This document shows, one piece after another, positions 40,847-53,565 of a stretch of DNA of 64,000 nucleotides (positions are counted from its first letter, which is position 1; every line of letters begins with the position of its first letter). A program made the translations under genes and the position numbers. The DNA is taken from assembly GCA_030390025.1 (NCBI GenBank), contig CM059432.1, positions 12,462,001-12,526,000 on the forward strand. The letters are read 5' to 3'. The notes beneath the pieces are model-generated. The model saw only the letters and a list, made by a program, of their open reading frames with translations. It had not been told where the DNA came from and did not search any database. The DNA comes from Squalus acanthias (taxonomy: Eukaryota).

Positions 40847-41239
40847 AACACACACACATATATATATAAACACACACACACACATATATATAAACACACA
40901 CATATATAAACACACACATATATAAACACACACATATATATAAACACACATATATATATATATAAACACACATATATATATATATAAACACACACATATA
41001 TATATATAAACACACACATATATATATATAAACACACACATATATATATATATAAACACACACACACACACATATATAAACACACACACACATATATAAA
41101 CACACACATATATAAACACACACACATATATATATAAACACACACACATATATATATAAACACACACACATATATATAAACACACATATATATATAAACA
41201 CACACATATATATATAAACACACACACATATATATATAT

Positions 41240-41270
<31 letters not shown>

Positions 41271-41301
41271 AACACACACACATATATATATATATATATA
41301 A

Positions 41302-41336
<35 letters not shown>

Positions 41337-41557
41337 AACACACACACACATATATATATATAAACACACACACACATATATATATATATAAACACATACA
41401 CACACATATATATATATATAAACACATACACACACATATATATATAAACACACACACACACACATATATATAAACACACACATATATATATATATATAAA
41501 CACACACACATATATATATATATATAAACACACACATATATATATATATATATATAA

Positions 41558-41588
<31 letters not shown>

Positions 41589-41619
41589 AACACACACACA
41601 TATATATATATATATATAA

Positions 41620-41655
<36 letters not shown>

Positions 41656-41743
41656 ACACACACACATATATATATAAACACACACACATATATATATAAA
41701 CACACACACATATATATATAAACACACACACATATATATATAA

Positions 41744-41774
<31 letters not shown>

Positions 41775-41775
41775 A

Positions 41776-41806
<31 letters not shown>

Positions 41807-41807
41807 A

Positions 41808-41840
<33 letters not shown>

Positions 41841-41841
41841 A

Positions 41842-41874
<33 letters not shown>

Positions 41875-42253
41875 AACACACACACATATATATATAAACA
41901 CACACACATATATATATAAACACACACACATATATATATAAACACACACATATATATAAACACACACACATATATATATAAACACACACACACACATATA
42001 TATATATAAACACACACATATATATAAACACACACATATATATATATAAACACACACATATATATATATAAACACACACACACATATATAAACACACACA
42101 CACATATATAAACACACACACACATATATAAACACACACATATATATAAACATATATATATATAAACACACACACATATATATATAAACACACACATATA
42201 TATAAACACACACACATATATATATATATATATAAACACACACATATATATAA

Positions 42254-42284
<31 letters not shown>

Positions 42285-42285
42285 A

Positions 42286-42322
<37 letters not shown>

Positions 42323-42383
42323 AACACACACACACATATATATATATATATAAACACACACACGCATATATATATATATATAA

Positions 42384-42414
<31 letters not shown>

Positions 42415-42415
42415 A

Positions 42416-42452
<37 letters not shown>

Positions 42453-42453
42453 A

Positions 42454-42490
<37 letters not shown>

Positions 42491-43149
42491 AACACACACA
42501 TATATATATATATATAAACACACACACATATATATATAAACACACACACATATATATATATAAACACACACATATATATATATATAAACACACACACACA
42601 CATATATATATATAAACACACACACACATATATATATATAAACACACACACACATATATATATATAAACATACATAAACACACACATATATATAAACACA
42701 CACATATATATAAACACACACATATATATATATAAACACACACATATATATATATAAACACACACATATATATAAACACACATAAACACACACACATATA
42801 TAAACACACACATATATATATATATAAACACACACACATATATATAAACACACACATAAACACACACACATATATAAACACACACATATATATAAACACA
42901 TATATAAATAAACACACACACACATATATATATATATAAACACACACATATATATATAAACATATATAAACACACACATATATAAATAAACATATATATA
43001 TATATAAACACAATATATAAACACACATATATATATAAACACTATATATATATATATAAACACAATATATAAACACACACACATATATATAAAACACACA
43101 TATATCTATAAACACTATATATAAACACTATATATATATATATATATAA

Positions 43150-43184
<35 letters not shown>

Positions 43185-43205
43185 AACACACACATACAGA
43201 CACAC
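36178..43205. repeat. ~7 kb compound microsatellite (CA)n(TA)n-AAA filling GNAL intron 1
   Basis: Continuous 'tatataaacacacacatata' units with local variants (cacatacaca, catgtata, tacatacata). Confidence 0.98.
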
Positions 43206-43376
43206 AAGCAAACAGACAGACACAGTAACAGAATTGCATCGCCTGTTGGGATCTTCACCGGCAGCATCGCTCCACCAGCCTCCATCCTCCCTCGCTCGCT
43301 CTGAGCGGAGCCTTTCATTGACATTTTCTGTTACAATAAAAGCGGCTACAGTGTGGCGCGGCGCGGCGGCGCTTAC

Positions 43377-43515
43377 CCAGCAGCAGGAGCCGGTGGGTGG
43401 CTTTGTACGCCTGCCTGTCTTTCTGCAACTGTTTCTCGATCTTTTTGTTGGCTTCTCGCTGGGCTTTTTCGTCGTGCCGCTGATCTTCCGTCTTGCTGTT
43501 CCCCAAACAACCCAT
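43377..43515 (-). CDS. GNAL: G protein alpha-olf subunit, coding exon 1 (139 nt)
   Basis: ATG at 43515 in good Kozak context (gcgATGg). Translates [47 protein letters not shown] and ends at donor G|GTAAGC. Size matches the Gs/Golf family first coding exon. Confidence 0.95.
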
Positions 43516-44090
43516 CGCTGGCTCTCCTTCCTTCCTCTCTCTCGCTCGCTCTCTTTCCCCCACCCCTTTTTTTTCTCTCCTCCTCTCTTATTTATATAAA
43601 TATATAATATTTTTTAAAAAAATCCCCACACAGATGCACAAGGAGGGAGATCGCCCTCTTTTTTCCCTCTCCGTCTCTCTCTCTCTCTCTGTGTGCAATA
43701 AGGGGGGGGGGGACAAGCCACCGTCACTAACGCCCCCCCTCCTCGGTTTTTTTTAAAGGAGAAAGAGAAACACACACAAAAAAAAACCTCAAATAATCAT
43801 TTAAACCCCCCCCCAAAAAAACCTCTTCACCCCAAAATAGACAGAAAAAAAATCAAAATACACAAAGCAATCCAAGAAATAAATTAACAGAATAAATCCA
43901 ACCCGCAGCCAGCTCTAGGTAATATACAAATATAAATATTTTTTTTTAAAAAAAATCTATAAATATGCTGGCGTCCACACACACACATATTACAAGGCAG
44001 CCGAGAGCCGGGGGCGAGGACGCAGCGGCTCCGCCTGCTCAGGCGCGGCCCCGCGCTCATACACAAGAGAGAGGAGGAGGGAGAGAGAGC
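43516..44090 (-). promoter_or_regulatory. GNAL: Putative GNAL 5'UTR and proximal promoter
   Basis: Unique sequence directly upstream of the ATG with a CpG/GC-rich patch at ~43990-44060. The TSS cannot be determined from sequence alone. Confidence 0.5.
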
Positions 44091-47000
44091 ACAGGTCTCT
44101 GCACAAACCTCACTCACTCACACACACAGGTCTCTGCACAAATCCTCACTCACTCACACAGAGCACAGGTCTCTGCACAAATCCTCACTCACTCACACAG
44201 AGCACAGGTCTCTGCACAAATCCTCACACACACACACACACAGAGCACAGGTCTCTGCACAAATCCTCACTCACTCACACAGGTCTCTGCACAAATCCTC
44301 ACTCACACACACAGGTCTCTGCACAAATCCTCACTCACACAGAGCACAGGTCTCTGCACAAATCCTCACTCACTCACACAGAGCACAGGTCTCTGCACAA
44401 ACCCTCACTCACTCACACAGAGCACAGGTCTCTGCACAAATCCTCACTCACTCACACAGAGCACAGGTCTCTGCACAAATCCTCACTCACTCACACAGAG
44501 CACAGGTCTCTGCACAAATCCTCACTCACTCACACAGGGCACAGGTCTCTGCACAAATCCTCACTCACTCACACAGAGCACAGGTCTCTGCACAAATCCT
44601 CACTCACTCACACAGAGCACAGGTCTCTGCACAAATCCTCACTCACTCACACAGAGCACAGGTCTCTGCACAAATCCTCACTCACTCACACAGAGCACAG
44701 GTCTCTGCACAAATCCTCACTCACTCACACAGAGCACAGGTCTCTGCACAAATCCTCACTCACTCACACAGAGCACAGGTCTCTGCACAAATCCTCACTC
44801 ACTCACACAGGTCTCTGCACAAATCCTCACTCACTCACTCACTCACACAGAGCACAGGTCTCTGCACAAATCCTCACTCACTCACACAGGTCTCTGCACA
44901 AATCCTCACTCACTCACTCACTCACACAGAGCACAGGTCTCTGCACAAATCCTCACTCACTCAGCACAGGTCTCTGCACAAATCCTCACTCACTCACTCA
45001 CTCACACAGAGCACAGGTCTCTGCACAAATCCTCACTCACTCACACAGAGCACAGAGCACAGGTCTCTGCACAAATCCTCACTCACACAGAGCACAGGTC
45101 TCTGCACAAATCCTCACACACACACACAGCACAGGTCTCTGCACAAATCCTCACTCACTCAGCACAGGTCTCTGCACAAATCCTCACTCACTCAGCACAG
45201 GTCTCTGCACAAATCCTCACTCACACACACAGAGCACAGGTCTCTGCACAAATCCTCACTCAGCACAGGTCTCTGCACAAATCCTCACTCACTCACACAG
45301 GTCTCTGCACAAACCCTCACACACACACAGCACAGGTCTCTGCACAAATCCTCACTCACTCACACAGGTCTCTGCACAAATCCTCACTCACTCACACAGG
45401 TCTCTGCACAAACCCTCACTCACACACACAGCACAGGTCTCTGCACAAATCCTCACTCACTCACACAGAGCACAGAGCACAGGTCTCTGCACAAATCCTC
45501 ACTCACACAGAGCACAGGTCTCTGCACAAATCCTCACACACACACACAGCACAGGTCTCTGCACAAATCCTCACTCACTCAGCACAGGTCTCTGCACAAA
45601 TCCTCACTCACTCAGCACAGGTCTCTGCACAAATCCTCACTCACACACACAGAGCACAGGTCTCTGCACAAATCCTCACTCAGCACAGGTCTCTGCACAA
45701 ATCCTCACTCACTCACACAGGTCTCTGCACAAACCCTCACTCACACACACAGCACAGGTCTCTGCACAAATCCTCACTCACTCACACAGGTCTCTGCACA
45801 AATCCTCACACACACACACACAGCACAGGTCTCTGCACAAATCCTCACTCACACACACAGAGCACAGGTCTCTGCACAAATCCTCACTCACACACACAGA
45901 GCACAGGTCTCTGCACAAATCCTCACTCACTCACACAGAGCACAGGTCTCTGCACAAATCCTCACTCACTCACACAGGTCTCTGCACAAATCCTCACTCA
46001 CTCACACAGGTCTCTGCACAAATCCTCACTCACTCACACAGAGCACAGGTCTCTGCACAAATCCTCACTCACACAGAGCACAGGTCTCTGCACAAATCCT
46101 CACTCACACACACAGAGCACAGGTCTCTGCACAAATCCTCACTCACACACACAGAGCACAGGTCTCTGCACAAATCCTCACTCACACACACAGAGCACAG
46201 GTCTCTGCACAAATCCTCACTCACTCACACAGAGCACAGGTCTCTGCACAAATCCTCACTCACTCACACAGGTCTCTGCACAAATCCTCACTCACTCACA
46301 CAGGTCTCTGCACAAATCCTCACTCACTCACACAGAGCACAGGTCTCTGCACAAATCCTCACTCACACAGAGCACAGGTCTCTGCACAAATCCTCACTCA
46401 CACACACAGAGCACAGGTCTCTGCACAAATCCTCACTCACACACACAGAGCACAGGTCTCTGCACAAATCCTCACTCACACACACAGAGCACAGGTCTCT
46501 GCACAAATCCTCACTCAGCACAGGTCTCTGCACAAATCCTCACTCACTCACACAGGTCTCTGCACAAACCCTCACACACACACAGCACAGGTCTCTGCAC
46601 AAATCCTCACTCACTCACACAGGTCTCTGCACAAATCCTCACTCACTCACACAGGTCTCTGCACAAACCCTCACTCACACACACAGCACAGGTCTCTGCA
46701 CAAATCCTCACTCACTCACACAGGTCTCTGCACAAATCCTCACACACACACACACAGCACAGGTCTCTGCACAAATCCTCACTCACACACACAGAGCACA
46801 GGTCTCTGCACAAATCCTCACTCACACACACAGAGCACAGGTCTCTGCACAAATCCTCACTCACTCACACAGGTCTCTGCACAAATCCTCACTCACTCAC
46901 ACAGGTCTCTGCACAAATCCTCACTCACTCACACAGGTCTCTGCACAAATCCTCACTCACTCACACAGAGCACAGGTCTCTGCACAAATCCTCACACACA

Positions 47001-48499
47001 CACACACAGCACAGGTCTCTGCACAAATCCTCACTCACACACACAGAGCACAGGTCTCTGCACAAATCCTCACTCACACACACAGAGCACAGGTCTCTGC
47101 ACAAATCCTCACTCACTCACACAGAGCACAGGTCTCTGCACAAATTCTCACTCACTCACACAGGTCTCTGCACAAATCCTCACTCACTCACACAGGTCTC
47201 TGCACAAATCCTCACTCACTCACACAGGTCTCTGCACAAATCCTCACTCACTCACACAGAGCACAGGTCTCTGCACAAATCCTCACTCACACACACACAG
47301 CACAGGTCTCTGCACAAATCCTCACTCACTCAGCACAGGTCTCTGCACAAATCCTCACTCACACACACAGAGCACAGGTCTCTGCACAAATCCTCACTCA
47401 CTCACACAGAGCACAGGTCTCTGCACAAATCCTCACTCACTCACACAGCACAGGTCTCTGCACAAATCCTCACACACACACACAGCACAGGTCTCTGCAC
47501 AAATCCTCACTCACTCACACAGAGCACAGGTCTCTGCACAAATCCTCACTCACACACACACACAGCACAGGTCTCTGCACAAATCCTCACTCACTCACAC
47601 AGAGCACAGGTCTCTGCACAAATCCTCACACACACACACACACAGAGCACAGGTCTCTGCACAAATCCTCACACACAGAGCACAGGTCTCTGCACAAATC
47701 CTCACTCACTCACACAGAGCACAGGTCTCTGCACAAATCCTCACACACACACACACAGCACAGGTCTCTGCACAAATCCTCACTCACAGAGCACAGGTCT
47801 CTGCACAAATCCTCACTCACACAGCACAGGTCTCTGCACAAATCCTCACTCACACACACAGAGCACAGGTCTCTGCACAAATCCTCACTCACTCACACAG
47901 AGCACAGGTCTCTGCACAAATCCTCACTCACACACACACAGCACAGGTCTCTGCACAAATCCTCATTCCCACAGAGCACAGGTCTCTGCACAAATCCTCA
48001 CTCACACACACAGCACAGGTCTCTGCACAAATCCTCATTCCCACAGAGCACAGGTCTCTGCACAAATCCTCACTCACTCACACAGAGCACAGGTCTCTGC
48101 ACAAATCCTCACTCACTCACTGAGCACAGGTCTCTGCACAAATCCTCATTCCCACAGAGCACAGGTCTCTGCACAAATCCTCATTCCCACAGAGCACAGG
48201 TCTCTGCACAAATCCTCACTCACACACACAGAGCACAGGTCTCTGCACAAATCCTCACTCACACACACACAGCACAGGTCTCTGCACAAATCCTCACTCA
48301 CACACACAGAGCACAGGTCTCTGCACAAATCCTCACTCACACACACACAGCACAGGTCTCTGCACAAACCCTCACTCACTCACTCACAGAGCACAGGTCT
48401 CTGCACAAATCCTCACTCACACACAGAGCACAGGTCTCTGCACAAATCCTCACTCACACACACAGAGCACAGGTCTCTGCACAAATCCTCACACACACC
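44087..48499. repeat. ~4.4 kb minisatellite, core CAGGTCTCTGCACAAATCCTCA plus variable (CTCA)n(CA)n(GA)GCA linker
   Basis: Nearly invariant core with units of ~27-41 bp; roughly 130 units estimated from length. Confidence 0.98.
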
Positions 48500-50151
48500 A
48501 ATCCAACAGAACTAACTTCTACAAAAAAAATGCAGAATAAAAATGGCAAGTGCAAAGACATTTGAAACGAAGCTTAAGTGCCAACCGGATTAGATACCTT
48601 CCGTCACTTCTTTTAGTGACCGAGTCCAATAACATGGGTAAATTCAACTAATGCAAAAAATTATATATATATTATATGTGTTTGTGTGTTTATATATGTG
48701 TTTATATATGTTTGTGTATTTCAGTTTATATGTGTTTGTGTGTTTGTGATATTTGTTGTTATGTTTGTTTATATATATGTTCGTGTGTAGATATGTGTTT
48801 GTGTATATATATGCATGTTTGTGCATATATATATATATGCATTTGTGTGTATGTATATGTATGTTTGTGTCTATATATACACGTTTGTGTTTATATACGT
48901 TTGTGTTTATATACACGTTTATATATATACATGTTTATATATATATATATATGGTTGTTTATATATATGGCTGCTTATATATATGGTTGTATTTATATAT
49001 ATGTGTGTGTTTATATATATATATGTGTGTGTGTGTGTGTGCGTGTTTATATATATGTGTGTGTTTATATATGTGTGTTTATATAGATATACAGTTGTGT
49101 TTATATAGATATATGGTAGTGTTTATATAGATATATATGCATATGGTTGTGTTTACTTATATATATATGGTTGTGTTTATATAGATACATGGTTGTGTTT
49201 GTATAGATATGGTTGTGTTTATATAGATATATGGCTGTGTTTATTTATATAGATATGGTTGTGTTTATTTATATATATATATATATGGTTGTGTTTATTT
49301 ATATATATATATATATATGGTTGTGTTTATTTATATATATATATATATGGTTGTTTATATAGATATATATGGTTGTTTATATATATATATGGTTGTTTAT
49401 ATATATATATGGTTGTTTATATAGATATATATGGTTGTTTATTTATATAGATATATATATGGTTGTGTTTATTTATATAGATATATATGGTAATTTATAT
49501 AGATATATATGGTAGTTTATTTATATAGATATATATATGGTTGTGTTTATTTATATAGATATATATGGTAATTTATATAGATATATATATGGTAGTTTAT
49601 ATAGATATATATATGGTAGTTTATATAGATATATATGGTAGTTTATATAGATATATATGGTATTTATTTATATAGATATATACGGTATTTATTTATATAG
49701 ATATATACATGGTTGTGTTTATTTATATAGATATATATATGGTTGTGTTTATTTATATAGATATATATATGGTAGTTTATTTATATATATATGGTTGTAT
49801 TTATTTATATAGATATATATGTGGTTGTGTTTATTTATATAGATATATATATGGTTGTGTTTATTTATATATATATATGGTTGTGTTTATTTATATAGAT
49901 ATATGGTTGTGTTTATATATATAGATATATGGTTGTGTTTATATATATATGGTTGTGTTTATATATATATATGGTTGTGTTTATTTATATGTGGTTGTTT
50001 ATTTTTTTATATATATATGGTTGTTTATATATATGGTTGTTTACATATATGTTTGTATGTTTATATATATATATGGTTGTGTGTTTTATATATATGGGTT
50101 TGTATGTGTTTATATATATGTTTGTGTGTTTATATATGTTTGTTTATATAT

Positions 50152-50885
50152 AGATTGGGAGAAGGGGAAGTGCAACGAGACCTGGGTGTCTTTGTGCACC
50201 AGTCGCTGAAGGTAAGCATGCAGGTGGTTAAGAAGGCAAATGGTATGTTGGCCTTCGTAGCGAAAGGGTTCGAGTACAGGAACAAGGATGTCTTGCTGCA
50301 GTTGTACAGGGCCTTGGTGAGATCACATCTTGAGTATTGTGTGCAGTTTTGGTCGCCTTATCTGAGGAAGGATGTTCTTACCATGGAGGAGTGCAGCGAA
50401 GATTCACCAGGCTGATACCTGGGATGGCAGGAATGACGTATGAGGAGAGATTGGGTCGATTGGGCTTATACTCGCTGGAGTTTAGAAGAATGAGAGGGGA
50501 TCTCATTAAAACTTATAAAATTCTAACAGGACTAGACAGACTAGATGCAGGAAGGATGTTCCCGATGGCGGGGGAGTCCAGAACCAGAGGTCACAGTCTA
50601 AGGATAAGGGGTAAGCCATTTAGGACTGAGATGAGGAGGAATTTCTTCACCCTGAGAGTGGTGAACCTGTGGAATTCTCTACCACAGAAGGCAGTTGAGG
50701 CCAATTCATTAAATATATTCAAGAAGGAGTTAGATATATTTCTTAAAGCTAAAGGGATCAAGGGATATGGAGAGAAGGCAGGGACAGGGTACTGAATTTG
50801 GATGATCAGCCATGATCTCATTGAATGGCGGAGCAGGCTCGAGGGGCTGAATGGCCTGCTCCTGCTCCTATCTTCTATGTTTCTA
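50152..50885 (+). mobile_element. CR1 LINE 3' end inserted in the TG/TA array
   Basis: [44 protein letters not shown], followed by tail. Confidence 0.96.
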
Positions 50886-51046
50886 TATATGTTTGTTTGT
50901 TTATGTATGTTTGTGTATTTGAGTTTATATATGTATTTGTGTGCTTATGTTTCTGTTTATATAATGTTTGTATTTATATGTGTTTGTGTATATATTATAC
51001 GTTTGTGTTTTATATATATATATATATATATATACTTATTTAATTA

Positions 51047-51365
51047 TCACAGAATCACACAGAATCCCCACAGTGCAGATAGAGGCCATTTCGCCCCATC
51101 GAGCCTGCACCGACACATATCCCACCCTACCCCCGTAACCCCACGTATTTAATCCCCCCTAACACTAAGGGTCAATTTATCATAGCCAAATCAACCTAAC
51201 CCGCACATCTTTGGACTGTGGGAGGAAACCGGAGCACCCGGAGGAAACCCACGCAGACACGGGGAGAATGTGCAAACTCCACACAGACAGTCACCCGAGG
51301 CCTGATTCGAACCCGGGTCCCTGGCGCTGTGAGGCAACAGTGCTAACCACTATGCCACCGTGTTG
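51047..51365 (-). mobile_element. HE1-like V-SINE with CR1-type tail
   Basis: V-domain complement ggaggaaaccggagcacccggaggaaacccacgcagacacggggaga; tRNA-like head (gtggcatagtggttagc..gggttcgaatc). Confidence 0.88.
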
Positions 51366-51571
51366 CTCCTTCTTGAATATATTTAATGAATTGGTTGTAT
51401 GTTTATATATATATGGTTGTATGTTTATATATATGTTTATATATGTGTATGTTTATATATGTGTGTTTATGTATATATGGTTGTATGTTATATATATATA
51501 TATAATGTGGTTGTTTATTTATATATGTGGTTGTTTATATATATGTTTGTATGTTTATTTTTATGGTTGTG

Positions 51572-51607
<36 letters not shown>

Positions 51608-51982
51608 GTTTGTATTTATATATATATGTTTGTGTTTATATGTTTGTTTATATATGTTTGTTTATATGTTTGTGTGTTTATATATGTGTTTGTTTGTTTA
51701 TATATGTTTGTGTATTTGAGTTTATATATGTATGTGTTTATGTTTGTGTTTATATATATATATGTTTGTATTTATATGTGTTTATATATATATATATGCG
51801 TTTGAGTTTATATATATATGCTTATTTATGGATGTTTGTGTGTTTATATATATGTTTGTGTGTTTGTTTATATATATGTGTGTGTTTGTGTGTTAATATA
51901 TATGTTTCTATATGAGGCGGAAGGCATGCTCTGCACAGTCGATTCGTCCTTTCTACTCCTTCAGTAATAGAACTTATATAAT

Positions 51983-52733
51983 GGGCCAGAAATGCGGGTC
52001 TCCACGGGTGAGTACGCGCTGGGTACTCACCCGTAGACCCAACGAAAGTGCCGGTTTCGCGCATGCGCTGGAAACCGGAACTTCCGTTCCCCTGAAGGAA
52101 GGGGTTCAGAGGTCGAACGCGTGCGCCGGAGAGGCAGCGCGTAGACCTCGAACTTCGTTTTTTTTTTTCAGGTTTCTCCGTGAGGGTAAGTAAGGAGAAG
52201 CTGCGCAGGGAAAAAGGAGGCGCAAGGCCTGCTTTTAACAAGGTAAGTGGTGAATTAAGTACAATTTAAAAAAAATTTCAACAGGTTTATCTTTTTTACA
52301 TACTTTAAGGAAAGGTAAGTTTATTTTTAGCACCGTTAAAAAGTGTAATTAATTTTTTCAAAAATTTAAATTTTTGTTTAAAGTAGTTAATTTATGTAAT
52401 TTATAGTTATTTTAAAAATGTGATTAAAAAAAAAAATATTTGAAGTTTTAGTGAGGTTTTGGGGCCGATCTCTATTCATAGATTTGACAGGTCTTCCTGT
52501 CAAATCTATGAATGGAGATTCCCTGCTCAATTGGCTCTCCATGGCCCACGTGATCCCAGGGGACGCTTCGAACTAACTGTGCCCCTGGGATACGCAAGCA
52601 CTGCGCGCCGGCAGCTGCAGGAGGCCCAGGAGCCGAATTCCACACGGGCCCGAAGCACAACGGCAGGCGCGCTATGTAAGTACGCGCGCGATTCTTACAC
52701 CCGCGGGAAGCCGGAGAGCCGAATTTCTGGCCC
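51983..52733 (+). mobile_element. PIF/Harbinger-like MITE, hairpin family copy 1 (751 bp)
   Basis: TIR GGGCCAGAAAT/ATTTCTGGCCC; flanks AAT/ATT; colinear with the 56109 and 58066 elements. Confidence 0.85.
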
Positions 52734-52743
52734 ATTATATATT

Positions 52744-52905
52744 GGGCTAGAAATTAGTCTCGGACGGTGGCGCAAAACAGGCGGTATCGGATTGGCCGCC
52801 TGCTACACACAGCGCCTGATATTCCGTTCCACTGCAGTCGCCTATAACAGGCGGCCGATCTGATACCGCCCGTTCTGCGCCACTGCCTGAGACACAAATT
52901 TCTAG
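52744..52905. mobile_element. Short Harbinger-like MITE remnant
   Basis: GGGCTAGAAATT at left, AATTTCTAG at right, internal inverted repeats; right end eroded. Confidence 0.55.
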
Positions 52906-53016
52906 ATGGAGCAAATGATCGCAGTTTGTAGCCGGTTATCGCTGATAAGACCACGGCTATCTCGGGCTGTCAGTGTCGCGCGGTTTTGGGGGCGTCTCGT
53001 TCGCCTCACCGACCCT

Positions 53017-53328
53017 CCCCTCCTCCCCCGACTCACTTCCCCTCCTCCCCCGACTCACTTCCCCTCCTCCCCCGACTCACTTCCCCTCCTCCCCCGACTC
53101 ACTTCCCCTCCTCCCCCGACTCACTTCCCCTCCTCCCCCGACTCACTTCCCCTCCTCCCCCGACTCACTTCCCCTCCTCCCCCGACTCACTTCCCCTCCT
53201 CCCCCGACTCACTTCCCCTCCTCCCCCGACTCACTTCCCCTCCTCCCCCGACTCACTTCCCCTCCTCCCCCGACTCACTTCCCCTCCTCCCCCGACTCAC
53301 TTCCCCTCCTCCCCCGACTCACTTCCCC
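53017..53328. repeat. 22-bp tandem repeat GACTCACTTCCCCTCCTCCCCC, 14 copies
   Basis: Exact period of 22 from 53030 to 53316. Confidence 0.97.
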
Positions 53329-53432
53329 ATCTCCGCTCAGTCTCCCCACACTTCTAATAAACCAGCACTTTAGTCCCAAGTAACTTGCTCCACCGTTGCT
53401 AAACACGCCACTGCTTTTAATAATTTCCCCTC

Positions 53433-53565
53433 CCCAGTAATATTCTCCATTTTAATAAATGGCCCCAGTAATATTCTCCATTTTAATAAATGGACCCTTT
53501 CCCAGTAATATTCTCCCTGTTTTAATAAATGCCCGCCCCCCTCCCCTCCCCTCGTAATATTCTTT
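53433..53565. repeat. Short ~30-bp tandem repeat (cccagtaatattctccattttaataaatg), 3-4 copies
   Basis: Directly visible degenerate tandem copies. Confidence 0.8.

Larger units (their letters stand above)
48662..51912. repeat. (TG)n/(TA)n/GGTTGTGTTTA microsatellite array interrupted by CR1 and SINE inserts
   Basis: Repeated gtgtttatatat and atggttgtgtttat motifs, the reverse complement of the intron 1 motif. Confidence 0.95.

Noticed and set aside
36123..43115. Minus-strand ORFs up to 1789 aa of Y/I/C/V/M
   Set aside because: Translations of TG/TA microsatellite inside GNAL intron 1, open in several frames at once.
43377..43515. Calling the gene GNAS
   Set aside because: Exons 3-4 and AYKATHR match Golf residues better than Gs.
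44087..48499. CRISPR-like constant repeat with variable spacers
   Set aside because: The spacers are short CTCA/CA slippage variants, not unique sequences; no cas genes; vertebrate context.
43965..48515. 1516-aa plus-strand ORF (QSTGLCTNPHSLT repeats)
   Set aside because: The minisatellite has almost no stop codons on this strand in any frame, and linker lengths shift frame freely, so there is no sign of coding constraint.
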